In this document: one piece after another, positions 8,682-18,500 of the stretch
How the letters are laid out: each line of letters begins with the position of its first letter
How positions within the stretch are numbered: position 1 is the stretch's first letter
NCBI GenBank assembly: GCA_963796685.1
Contig: CAWCMR010000026.1
Location: forward strand, 32,001 to 96,000
DNA: 64,000 nt
Reading direction: 5' to 3'
From: an uncultured delta proteobacterium
GTDB lineage: Bacteria > Myxococcota_A > Polyangia > Fen-1088
Position numbers and translations under genes: made by a program
The notes under the pieces: generated by a model
Told to the model about the DNA's origin: nothing
What the model saw: the letters and a program-made list of their open reading frames with translations, nothing else
Databases searched by the model: none

Positions 8682-8876
8682 GTGGAACGTTCATTGCGAA
8701 CCTACCAAGACCCGACCGAGGCCGATGAGGCTGATCGGCGGTACTACGCCTCGCTCTCGCCGCAGGAGCGCCTGGACATGGTCGTCGAATTGGTGGACCG
8801 CTACCTGAGTACCTACGGTGAAGCTGCAGAAAGATTTGAAAGAGTTCATCGCATTGATGAACTCCCACGGCGTTGA
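8682..8876 (+). CDS. Small hypothetical protein, putative antitoxin/partner of the nucleotidyltransferase
   Basis: 64 aa, D..YYASLSPQERL motif typical of small genes upstream of this nucleotidyltransferase type; TGGTATCCT extended -10 just before the GTG. Confidence 0.6.
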   Translation: MERSLRTYQDPTEADEADRRYYASLSPQERLDMVVELVDRYLSTYGEAAERFERVHRIDELPRR

Positions 8877-9288
8877 CTACGTCGTGGTCGGGGGCCACGC
8901 CGTCGGATACCACGGTTATCCGCGCTTCACCGGAGACATCGATCTGTTCATCCGCTCGACGTCCGATAACGCAGTCCGCGTGCTGGCCGTGTTGAGAGCT
9001 TTCGGCTTTTCCGATCTGAGCGACGTCGAGTCGATCCTCTCGCAGCCTGGGAAGGTCGTTCAGCTCGGCCGCCCGCCCAATCGTATCGACATTCTGACCG
9101 GGATCAGCGGGGTCGATTTTGGCGAGGCCTCGGCAGGTGCCCAGCTCTCCCACCTGGATGGTGTCCCGGTGCGAATCATCGGACGGGCAGCGTTGCTCAA
9201 GAACAAGCGCGCCTCCGGCCGCGCGAAGGATCTGGCCGACGTCGAGGAACTGGAAAAGCTTCCGACTGGAAAGGGCCAGCAGAGCTAG
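8818..9288 (+). CDS. Nucleotidyltransferase family protein (AbiEii/DUF6036-like)
   Basis: YVVVGGHAV..HG.PRFT.DIDL and NKRASGR.KDLAD motifs. Confidence 0.85.
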   Translation: MKLQKDLKEFIALMNSHGVDYVVVGGHAVGYHGYPRFTGDIDLFIRSTSDNAVRVLAVLRAFGFSDLSDVESILSQPGKVVQLGRPPNRIDILTGISGVDFGEASAGAQLSHLDGVPVRIIGRAALLKNKRASGRAKDLADVEELEKLPTGKGQQS

Positions 9289-10793
9289 ATCCGCCCGCCG
9301 GTGAGCGACATGCTGCTCTTGGGGGTGCGGCTCTCGTTGGCGGCGCTGACGCGTACGCCGGCGCGATCCACGACCGGGCAGCGGTTTTCGCACGTGCCGC
9401 AGCCGGTGCAGTGGTCGAGGTCGACATAGGGGAATTTCAGTGTCTTTTGTGTGCCGTCGCGGGCGGTGATGGTTTCGACCTTGAAGTAGATGGCCTTGGG
9501 CGAGGTCGGGCAAACCTCCTCGCACACGATGCACTCGGTGCCGTAGCCCCAGGGCAGGCAGCGGCCCTTGTCGAAGAAGGCCGAGCCGATGCGCACGGGC
9601 GGTTTGGCCGGCATGGCGCCGACCTTGTCCGCCACCTTGAGGTGCGTGATGGCCCCGGTAGGACAGACCTGTCCGCACAGGGTGCAGCTGCTTTCGCAGT
9701 AGCCGATGCGTGGAATCAGGATGGGCGACCAGAAGCCCTCCAGGCCTGCCTCGTAGAGCGCGGGTTGCAGGCCGCCGGTCGGGCACACCTTCATGCAGGC
9801 GTCGCACTTGAGGCACTTGGCGAGGAAGTCGGGTTCGTCGAGGGCGCCGGGTGGACGGATGCGCGCGGGGTTGGGGCGCGGATCCACGCCGTCGGAGGCA
9901 CGCATGAGAGGAACCGCCGCCACGCCCGCCACGCCCGCGGTGAGCCACTTGCGGCGGGACAGATCGGTCTCGACCTTCGCCAGCTTGAGACTGGGCAGGA
10001 AGCGGTAGGCGATGCCGCCGCGCTTGCAGCTGGTGGTGCAATTCAGGCACACCATGCACTCGGTGGCGCGCAGGGTGCCCTGCGGATCGGCGGCGCCCTG
10101 ACAGTCGGCGCCGCACACGTCGCACTCGTTGCAGCGGCTCAAGTCCTTGCTGATGCGGAAGAGCGAGAACTTGGACAGCAGTCCCAGAAACGCGCCGAGC
10201 GGACACAGCACGCGGCAGTAGAAACGCGGGTAGACGAAGTTGAGCGCCAAGGCGCCGAAGAAGACGATGGTGACGAGCGTTCCCCACTGGAAGTGGCGCT
10301 CGCCCTGGTAGAGGCCGAAGGCGGTGTTGCTGGCCGCCGGCAGGGCCGAGACGGACAGGCCGCGCCAGGTGGACGCGATGGGATCGAGAAGCCCGATCTG
10401 CACGCTGCCGGCCGCGGCCAGTCCCAGCATCACGGCCAGCACGGCGTACTTGATCTTGTGCGACGTGCGCGGGGCATTTTGCTCGACCCGCTGCAAGACC
10501 TTGCGCTTGCGGCCGAGGAAGCCGAGGAAATGGTGGAGCACCCCCATGGGGCACATCCAACTGCAGAAGAAGCGGCCGAACACCAGGGTCAGCACGATGA
10601 GCGGGAGCGACCACAAAAGCGCATGGTGCAGGGCGTGCGAGGCGAGCGCGGTGGTGAGCGCGACCAGCGGATCCAGCTCGAGGAACCACGGGACGTCGTA
10701 GCCGCGGATGAAGTGCGACGTCGTGGCGAAGACGAGGAAGAGAAAGAAGGCGAAAAAGACGGCTTGGTATGCCCGGCGCAACCAGAGGAACAT
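9285..10793 (-). CDS. Membrane polyferredoxin (NapH/MauN-like membrane domain fused to NapG/MauM-like 4Fe-4S domain)
   Basis: TM helices, GRFFCSWMCPMG, RFYCRVLCPLG, several CxxCxxCxxxCP motifs, IRPPGAL.E..FL..C; start ATG 10793. Confidence 0.9.
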   Translation of the reverse strand: MFLWLRRAYQAVFFAFFLFLVFATTSHFIRGYDVPWFLELDPLVALTTALASHALHHALLWSLPLIVLTLVFGRFFCSWMCPMGVLHHFLGFLGRKRKVLQRVEQNAPRTSHKIKYAVLAVMLGLAAAGSVQIGLLDPIASTWRGLSVSALPAASNTAFGLYQGERHFQWGTLVTIVFFGALALNFVYPRFYCRVLCPLGAFLGLLSKFSLFRISKDLSRCNECDVCGADCQGAADPQGTLRATECMVCLNCTTSCKRGGIAYRFLPSLKLAKVETDLSRRKWLTAGVAGVAAVPLMRASDGVDPRPNPARIRPPGALDEPDFLAKCLKCDACMKVCPTGGLQPALYEAGLEGFWSPILIPRIGYCESSCTLCGQVCPTGAITHLKVADKVGAMPAKPPVRIGSAFFDKGRCLPWGYGTECIVCEEVCPTSPKAIYFKVETITARDGTQKTLKFPYVDLDHCTGCGTCENRCPVVDRAGVRVSAANESRTPKSSMSLTGGRI

Positions 10794-10795
10794 GG

Positions 10796-11848
10796 CTAAC
10801 CTCCCAGCTCCACGGTCTTGAGGCTTCGCCACTCGGACGTGCCCAGGCCGGCCTTCACTCCCTCGACGATGAACCCGAGGCTGGCGGGCGACAGACCGAG
10901 CAGCCCGGCGCCGAAGGCGTCGAGGGCGACCTCGTCGCAGCTGACCGCGATGGTGTCCATCTCCTTCACGTCGGCCAGGCTGCCGCCGGTGGGACCGTTG
11001 GCCAGCAGGATTCGCGTGGCGTCCATGACCGTGAGGGTGGGCTTGATCATGGAGGCCAGATCGACAATGGAGAGGTGGATGTTTTGGTGCAGCTTCACGC
11101 GCTGGCCGCCCAGCATGCCGTACCAATTCTTCATGGCCATGGTGGCGCCGGACAGGCCGTGCTGCTTGACCACGGGGATGTTGATCACCCGGTCGGCCTC
11201 GACGAAGGGGAACAGCACGTCGGCCGTGCGCAGCAGCTTGCCCGCCACGTCGACCTCGCGAAACGCTGGGGCATCGGGCCGCACCACGGTGGCACCGGCG
11301 GCCTTGGCAGCCTTCTCGATGCCCGAGCGGGCAAAGCACTGTTCGGGGGTATTCACCGAGACGTCGGTGACCCAGATCTTGCCGGCGCCGGCCGCGGCGA
11401 CCAATCTCACCACCTCGGCCACCACGTCGGGATTGGTGTTGGCGGCCTGTTCGGGCAGACGGTTCCAACCGATGTTGGGCTTGATGACCACGCGCTCGCC
11501 GCGTTTCACGAAGCGGCCCATGCCGCCCATGGCCTCGACGGCGCGGCGGACATTGGCCGCAGCATCGGACCCGCGCGCGATGGCCATCTCCACCGTGCCT
11601 TGGATCTTCTGCACGCGGTGATCTTTCAACTTGGGCAGGGTCTTGCTCTTGCCGTGGTGGTCGCGAGCGCTCAGCCCGAGCCCCAGGGCCACCGATCCGG
11701 CGGCCATGGCGGCGGTGAGCCCCACGCGGAACAGGGCGCGCCGATTCATCCCGTCCCCTTCACCCATGCCGTCCGGGTTCTTGCCACCTTCGCGCAGCCG
11801 CGCCTCGGGCACGACGTCGCCAGGGCGCGGGGGATCGCCGTTGCTCAT
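10796..11848 (-). CDS. DUF362 domain protein with twin-arginine signal
   Basis: MNRRALF, GGM..FVK.G..VVIKPNIGW.R.PEQAANTNP, INIPVVKQH..SG.T.AMKN..G, D.VALDA; alternative start 11749. Confidence 0.9.
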   Translation of the reverse strand: MSNGDPPRPGDVVPEARLREGGKNPDGMGEGDGMNRRALFRVGLTAAMAAGSVALGLGLSARDHHGKSKTLPKLKDHRVQKIQGTVEMAIARGSDAAANVRRAVEAMGGMGRFVKRGERVVIKPNIGWNRLPEQAANTNPDVVAEVVRLVAAAGAGKIWVTDVSVNTPEQCFARSGIEKAAKAAGATVVRPDAPAFREVDVAGKLLRTADVLFPFVEADRVINIPVVKQHGLSGATMAMKNWYGMLGGQRVKLHQNIHLSIVDLASMIKPTLTVMDATRILLANGPTGGSLADVKEMDTIAVSCDEVALDAFGAGLLGLSPASLGFIVEGVKAGLGTSEWRSLKTVELGG

Positions 11849-12420
11849 TTCATCTTCTCCTTCAGCGCACGCGCCACCACCGGCAACGCTGCCTCGGCTT
11901 TGGCATCGAAGGCGGTCAATTTGGTGTAGTAGCGGCCGTGGTGAAATACCAACGACATGGGGCCGACGATGGCCTCGGGCCAGCCTTCCACGAACTTGGC
12001 GGTGGCGGATTTCTCTTTGTCGAAAATCGCCTGGGCATTTTCGGGTGTGGCCATGTCGTACACGTCGCACACCAGGTCGCTACCCTCGGGCGTCGCCATC
12101 TCGGCAGCGGCCAACTTGCGGAAGTGGCGTTCGATGAAGATGGGCGCGGCGCCGTCGATGTAGTCGAAGAGGCCCTTCTCGTCGTACAGCGCGACTTTCT
12201 CCTTGACCCTCGCGCCCGTGGGAGCCGGCTCGAAAAGCGCGCGCAGGGCAGCGTCCGCCTCTTGCCCGCTCGGGCGCGCCAACGCGGGCGAGTGCTCGAC
12301 GGGCGGCGCCTTGTGGCCTTGCCAGACAAGGGTACCGATGAGGGTCGGCGGGATCACGGCCAGGACTGCGAAGACGAGGATGCGCACGGGACTGCGAAGA
12401 GGGTATGTCGGGAACGGCAT
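11845..12420 (-). CDS. DUF6599-like membrane-anchored periplasmic protein
   Basis: N-terminal TM helix; LFDYIDGAA..F, DVYDM..P.NA..IF and F..G.YY.K motifs. Confidence 0.7.
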   Translation of the reverse strand: MPFPTYPLRSPVRILVFAVLAVIPPTLIGTLVWQGHKAPPVEHSPALARPSGQEADAALRALFEPAPTGARVKEKVALYDEKGLFDYIDGAAPIFIERHFRKLAAAEMATPEGSDLVCDVYDMATPENAQAIFDKEKSATAKFVEGWPEAIVGPMSLVFHHGRYYTKLTAFDAKAEAALPVVARALKEKMK

Positions 12421-12441
12421 GCCGATCAAGGCCGACCGCAG

Positions 12442-12459
12442 CGTAATTCCGGAATTGCG
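12442..12459. promoter_or_regulatory. Palindromic putative operator in a divergent promoter region
   Basis: CGTAATTCCGGAATTGCG, with perfect 12-bp core AATTCCGGAATT. Confidence 0.4.
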
Positions 12460-12546
12460 GTATCGCAGTGAGGTGTGGATAATGACCTCGCTCGGCCGGG
12501 GATGTTCCTGGCAGAAGGCCGACTGGTTCCAGCGAAGGAGGATACG

Positions 12547-13219
12547 ATGACTCGTCTAGGCTCTATGATTTCGTGCACCGCACTTGGATTGGGTGCCGTG
12601 CTTTCGGGTTGTGGAGGCGGCGGCAGCAGCGGCGGCGGGGGCGGCGCCTCCAGCGCGCTGGATCTCATTCTCGCGAGCAACGCGGTTGGGGGATGGGCAT
12701 TCGACAACAGCGATTCGCATCTCACGAACGGACCTGCCACTGCCACGACCGAAGCGGCTACCGGCGCGCTCATCGATGGCGCCTCGGCCGACTTCTTCGC
12801 AGCCCCCAGCACCCCGGTGCAATTTGCCTGGATGAACTACCTGAACACGAGCATCAGCACGGCAGACACCACCAGCGGTGCCCCGGACCAGTACTTCCCG
12901 AAAGGGGCCACCCTAACGCTCTATGTTTTGCAGATGCCCAACGCAACCCAAGTATCGGGGCTCTACTCCTCGCTGCTCAGTGCCTCGCTCTACGTCGGGA
13001 AAACCTGGACTGAGCCGAGCCTCTCCAGAGGTCGGAACCGATTCTCGTATCGCCAACACGGGGGATCACTGGTGGATCAATTTCTACAAGGGCAACTTCT
13101 ACGTCGAGGTGAGCGTCGGTCCATCGTACAGCCCTCCGCCCGATTACACGCCACCGGAAAACGCGGCCACCAAGGCGGAGGCATTCGCCTTCGCCTCGGC
13201 GGTTGCGGCGAAGATCTGA
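12547..13219 (+). CDS. DUF6599-like lipoprotein (one extra base near 13017)
   Basis: RBS AAGGAGG, lipobox LSGC, LIDGAS..F, LYVLQM. The frame continues in ORF 12923..13219 (WINFYKGNFYVEV) after a single-base shift. Confidence 0.7.
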
Positions 13220-13221
13220 TC

Positions 13222-14433
13222 TCACCCCATCGGGTCGGCCTCGTCAGCGGCGCCGCTATCGATGGTGGCGCCCCCATCGATGGCCGGGGTGCCATCCGCC
13301 GCCAGGGCGACCAGGGTGTAGTCCTTGGTCCCGATGCCTAGCTGGTGGGCGCCGTCGAGCCAGACTGTGATGTCTGCGGCGACGGCGTCGGAAGGTTTTT
13401 GATTGTGAAAGGGAGTAGTGCGTAGCTGGTTGATGAGATCCAAGGCGTAACGATCCAAGGCCAGGGGATCCATGGATGCGAAGATACGCCCCGGAAAACG
13501 GTCGACAGGGGAGGCTGTGTCACCCACTGCGACGGCCTGCAATGCGTCCACGATCGTGAGCTTGATGCTGTTGCGGATCTGCGGGATGTTGTAGAGGGCG
13601 GGCAAGGCCGTCGGCAGGTCGATACCGTTGGCCTTGTCGGTGTGGAAGCTGCCCGGAATGTCGATGATGCCGAAGATGTTCTTCAGGGCGACGGTGATGC
13701 CGGATTGGTTGTGGTATTTGAGCACCGGGCAATTGATGGTCACGTCGGTCATCTCGGTCAGGATGCGCGAAAGGCGAGGGGTCAAGCCTTGGAAGGTTCC
13801 GAAGAACTGGTCGGAATAGCGCGGGCCGTGCCAGTCCTTGAGGGTTACGACGGTGCCCAGCAGTTGCGCACCCTGCAAATGCTCGTCGGTATACTTCCCG
13901 GCACCCTTCAATTCGTCGAGCTGCCTATCCCAGACGATGATATTGCCGGGGCAGACATCGGTGTGAGTCTGCAGGTTCTTGATGATGGCTCGAACCAGCG
14001 CCGGCGATGTCGGGAAATGCGAATTGAGGCAATTGACCTTGAGGCCGATCCGCGTACATGTGCCGATATTCGGCAGAAGAACCGACCATGGGTTGGCAGC
14101 GCCGCCAGCCAGAGTCGATAGAACCGCATCGACCATCTCTGCGACCACGTCGAGCTGAGGCTGCGCGAGGCTCTTGCCGGTGGCGTCGATGCTGTCGTCA
14201 CGTTGGATGGTGACGACGGTCGAGGCTCCTGTCATCGGGCCGGAGGATCGCTCCTCCGCGACGATACCGCCGTCGGGTGGGCTGCAACCGCAGGTCGACG
14301 CAACCGCAGCATCGGGCCAGGTGCCGCCGACGTCGGGGAAGCAGCCCGCCACACCACCCAGGGACGCCGCCGCTGCCGCACTGGCCGCGCCGGCCAATAT
14401 TTCTCGTCGGGTCAGTCCTGGCTTGTCCGCCAT
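13222..14433 (-). CDS. DUF362 domain protein with twin-arginine (possibly lipoprotein) signal
   Basis: LTRREIL...VAGC, IGLKVNCL, INCPVLKYH..SGIT.ALKN.FG, DPLALD; start ATG 14433. Confidence 0.85.
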   Translation of the reverse strand: MADKPGLTRREILAGAASAAAAASLGGVAGCFPDVGGTWPDAAVASTCGCSPPDGGIVAEERSSGPMTGASTVVTIQRDDSIDATGKSLAQPQLDVVAEMVDAVLSTLAGGAANPWSVLLPNIGTCTRIGLKVNCLNSHFPTSPALVRAIIKNLQTHTDVCPGNIIVWDRQLDELKGAGKYTDEHLQGAQLLGTVVTLKDWHGPRYSDQFFGTFQGLTPRLSRILTEMTDVTINCPVLKYHNQSGITVALKNIFGIIDIPGSFHTDKANGIDLPTALPALYNIPQIRNSIKLTIVDALQAVAVGDTASPVDRFPGRIFASMDPLALDRYALDLINQLRTTPFHNQKPSDAVAADITVWLDGAHQLGIGTKDYTLVALAADGTPAIDGGATIDSGAADEADPMG

Positions 14434-14467
14434 GTGTTCTTGCCTCCCGCGGAACGAAAACTGGAAA

Positions 14468-14490
14468 ATCCGAAATTCGGAAATTCGGAT
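14468..14490. promoter_or_regulatory. Imperfect palindrome in a divergent promoter region
   Basis: ATCCGAAATTCGGAAATTCGGAT; core AATTCGGAAATT resembles the 12445-12456 palindrome. Confidence 0.3.
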
Positions 14491-14605
14491 GAAGATTAGC
14501 ACATAGATCTTCCGCGCTCTGATACAATTCTCCGCGGTCGGAGTGGGGCATGGGCTTTCTCAACGACGGCGTTCGGCGCAGTCACAACCGATAAGGAATC
14601 CCGCC

Positions 14606-15517
14606 ATGAAAGTCATTTCTCGACGTAGCTTCGTAGGTGGCTCGATCGCAGCGGCCGCGGCCCTGAAGTACGGCCGGGTCTTTGCCGCGGGCAGCACCCC
14701 TGACATCGTCGACGTGTCGGGAAGCGATCCCGCGAAGATGGTCGCGGCTGCGCTGGCGGGGCTCGGGGGCATCTCGAAGTTCGTAAAGAAGGGCGATTTT
14801 GTCGTCATCAAGCCCAACGCGGCGTTTGCGAACCCGCCGGCCTGGGGAACCACCACCCATCCCGAGACCGTGGTGGCCATTGCCAAGGCCTGCCTGGATG
14901 CCAAGGCCAAAGAGGTCTTGATCCTGGAATTTCCCCAAGCCAAAGGTGAGAAGTGTCTGGAACGCTGCGGGCTGACGGCCGCGATGGCCGCGCTGCCGGC
15001 GGCGAAGGTCAAGCTGCTGAGCGGCGCCGGGGATTTCCAGAAAGTCGATGTGAAAGGTGGGGTAACGCTGAAGTCGGTCGAGGTCGCCAAGGCGATACTT
15101 TCGGCCGATGTGTTCATCAACGTGCCTGCCGCCAAGGCGCACTACCAGGCCGGGGTTTCCCTCGGGCTCAAGAACCACATGGGGCTCATTTTCGACCGCC
15201 AAGCCTTCCACACCGCGATGGAGCTGCACCAGGCGGTCGCCGACTTGGGACGCGTGATCGTCCCCAATCTGACCATTCTCGATGCCACACGGGCGCTGCT
15301 GACCAATGGCCCGGCGGGACCTGGCGACACCGCGACGCCGGGACGCATGGTGGCCGGCCGTAAGGTCGTGTCGGTGGACGCCTACGGCCTCACCGTGGCC
15401 AAGTTCAACAACAAAATCATGACCCCGGCGGAAGTGCGTTACATCGAGCTCGCAGGCAAGGCTGGCCTTGGTGAAATCGACATCGCCAAGATGAAAGTCA
15501 AGAAAGTCAACGCGTAG
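14606..15517 (+). CDS. DUF362 domain protein with twin-arginine signal
   Basis: ISRRSFV, LGGI.KFVKKGD.VVIKPN, INVP.AK.H..AGVSLGLKN.MG, VSVDAY. Confidence 0.9.
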   Translation: MKVISRRSFVGGSIAAAAALKYGRVFAAGSTPDIVDVSGSDPAKMVAAALAGLGGISKFVKKGDFVVIKPNAAFANPPAWGTTTHPETVVAIAKACLDAKAKEVLILEFPQAKGEKCLERCGLTAAMAALPAAKVKLLSGAGDFQKVDVKGGVTLKSVEVAKAILSADVFINVPAAKAHYQAGVSLGLKNHMGLIFDRQAFHTAMELHQAVADLGRVIVPNLTILDATRALLTNGPAGPGDTATPGRMVAGRKVVSVDAYGLTVAKFNNKIMTPAEVRYIELAGKAGLGEIDIAKMKVKKVNA

Positions 15518-15526
15518 CGCGTATCC

Positions 15527-18500
15527 ATGAAACGCGCGGTCTTTGTCGTGGCCGCGGTGGCGCTGGCGTACGCGGCTCCATCGTGGGGCCGCACTCCTGA
15601 AATTGCCGTCGATCCCGTCAATGGCATCTGGATCGCGCAGGACGACAAGTTCATCTTTCAGACCCTCGACCGTTGGACTGTCTTTTCGGCGGGCGCGACC
15701 GTCAACAAGCTGGTCGTGGATCAGAACATCCTGTGGATCGCCACCGACGACGGGGTCATCCGTTTCGAGACCGGCAGCCAGCGATCGACCAAGCTGACCA
15801 TGGATGACGGCCTTCCCAGCCAGCGGGTCAGCACCGTCGCTTTCGACGACCAGTACGTTTGGTTCGGCACCAACAAGGGCCTGGTGCGCTACCGCAAGAC
15901 GGATCGCACGCTCAAGTTGTACGACGAAACCAACGGCCTGCCGAACAAGGCGGTCACCTACGCTGTCACCATCGGTCGGCAGGTCTGGTTCGGCACCCAC
16001 GCCGGAATCGCCGTGTTCAGCCCCGACGTCGATGGCTTGCGCGCGTTCGGCGAGGTGGACGGCATGGCCTCGGGCGACGTCGCCGAGCTGTTTCAGGTCG
16101 GCAGCGATCTGTGGTGTCGCACCGATGTCGGGTTGTCGCGTTTTCGCATTCAACAACGCGTGTTCAACAACTTCCCTCTGACCCTGATGGGCGCGCAGCA
16201 ACTGCGCGTGATGTCGGTCGACGGCGCCGACATTTGGCTCGGAACCGACAACGGCCTCTACCAGTTCCAAGACGCCAGCGACAGTATCATTCCCTTTCCT
16301 CAGCAATCCGCGCTGGGCAGCAAGATGATCGTCGGCGTCGAGCCAACCAGCTCCTACGTCTATATCACCACCGACAAAGAGGTCCTGCAATACAGCCGCA
16401 CCTCGCTGGCCATTCGTCGGTGGACGGCGGCCGAGGGACTCACCCATCAGGAGGGCTCGACGGGCACCCTGACCCAGGGTGGTTTCTTCACCGTCATGTT
16501 TCCCGACTCGGCCGAGATGTACAACATCCAGCTCGACCAGTGGACAGATCGGAAGATAGAGGTGAAGGCCGGCAGCGGCAATAGGACCACGGCGCGCGTG
16601 TTTGGCCAGCTCGACTCGGAAATGCCCTACAACAACGTCCATCTGGGTCCTGGCTTCCTTCACGGAACGCCCGATTCCGAGAACCAGTATGCCAATGCCA
16701 CGGGCGGCTTTGGCTTCGGACAGCAGCTCGACAAGGATCGGACCTTCAACGGCTCCGTGTATCTCGACTACGGTCAGCTCAACGCGAGTGGAATTCGCGA
16801 TTTGCAATACAAGATCGAGTACCTCGGCAACCAGAACGATGTCGTACGCGACGTGCGCATCGAAGACAAGTTGAAGTATCGCTACGTGGAAGAAGGGTTG
16901 GAGAGGCAGCTCCTGCTCCAGGGGGCCCATGTGGGCTTGGCCACCCCGGGGGCCGAGCCCAAGGTGAGCATGACCGCCGACGCAGGCTTTCGTCGCGGGC
17001 AGGTCGTGCGCGACTTCATCACCGGTCCGCGGCAAGAGACCTATCAACTCTCGCAGAAGTACATTCTGCCCGGAACCGACAGGGTCTATGTGGACGGCGA
17101 GTTGCTCAACAACGGGACCGACTACACCATCGTCTACACCGCCGGGCAACTGCTCTTCCTCAATCCCGAGCGCATCGACGATCTGAGCGTCATCACGGTC
17201 GAGTACGAGCACGACCTCGTACCCAAGAAGGACCTGGGAAATCTTTCCTTGTCCTCCAGGCTGCCGGTGACCAATGAAATCGGAAATTGGGCGCTTTCCG
17301 GAACGCCCACCATCGTCAGCAGCGACACCGCCCTTTACAACCAAATTGACGGCGGCGCACCCAAGTACATCGATCGGGGTTGGATTAGCGGCGTGTACGC
17401 CACCTACCAGCAAGGCGGCAGCAGCATCCAGGTCGCCATCCACAACATGGGCACCGCGGACTTCGCACAATCCCTTTATCAATTCGATCTGCCGGTCTCG
17501 CGCCTGACACTCAATACGCTGCCCGACGGCACGGTCAACGCGGTCGTGGACATGGGCTTGCCCAGCGCCTACGCGGCCGAGGCCGTCGTCGATCAGTACG
17601 TCATCGAGGTGTCCATCGACGACCGTTCGGATGCGGCGCTGGCCTACATCAAGACCTTCACCATGGAGATTCTCAATCGCAGCAAGCAGGCCGGTGCGAG
17701 CCTTGGCGATCAATTCAAGGAATGGATGGTGGCCACGAGAGTTGCCGCCTCGCCCGTCAGCGGCATGGAAATTGGTGCGCGCGCTGTCGAGCTGCAACAG
17801 ATGTCGGACACCCGGGATGCCAACGGCAATCTCATCAGCCCGGCCTTGCACCTGACCACCGGGGCGCTCGATGGTCGCTATCAGACGAAGGTAGGCGAGG
17901 GCGGGCTTATGACCGGTTACGCCGAAATGGCGGGCTCGCACGATTCGACCGGCCCGCGACCCGACGGCTTGGCCGGAATGGCCTTTCTGCGTCTATCCAG
18001 CCCGACCCTCGAAGGCATGCTGTCCGGCCGACTGAACTCGGAAGGGTGGACGCCCATTGGCCATACCACGCCGACCCCCGTCGATCCCTCGACGAGAACC
18101 TGGAACGATGCGCGACTGGGGACCTTGCGCGACGAGACCCGTTTCAACGTCACCGGCTATCCCGTGGCGTGGTTGCCGATTACCGCGCTGTTCACCCGGC
18201 AACGTGCCTGGCTGCCTGACGGAAGTGGAGGCACGGGCACGCTCCAACATGCCATCGCACGGGTGCAGCTCAACAAGGCCGGCCTGCCCGGCACCACCCT
18301 GCAGCTCGGCAGCACCGAGCTCGACAATCCCAACGGCTTTCAGACCCATCGTTTGCAGGGCTCCCTGCAAACAGACTACGATCTCGCGCCCGCGCTCTCT
18401 TTCACCCATCTCAAGAAATTCAATATTCGGGCGCTCTACAGTCTCTCGCAAGGCGAGACCGACGAGAATGGCACATACGCCTATGAGGATCGGGTGCGAT

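Noticed and set aside
9285-11468. Long N-terminal extensions in the ORF track (also 19751, 20515, 23493, 28627, 43343, 61308 starts)
   Set aside because: The extensions overlap upstream genes and are Arg/Pro-rich nonsense; internal starts with stop/start overlaps fit better
14582-17941. Very long antisense ORFs (also 8311..10689, 21934..23835, 32562..34664, 57085..58827 and others)
   Set aside because: Shadow frames of GC-rich genes with no motifs; the opposite strand holds clear genes
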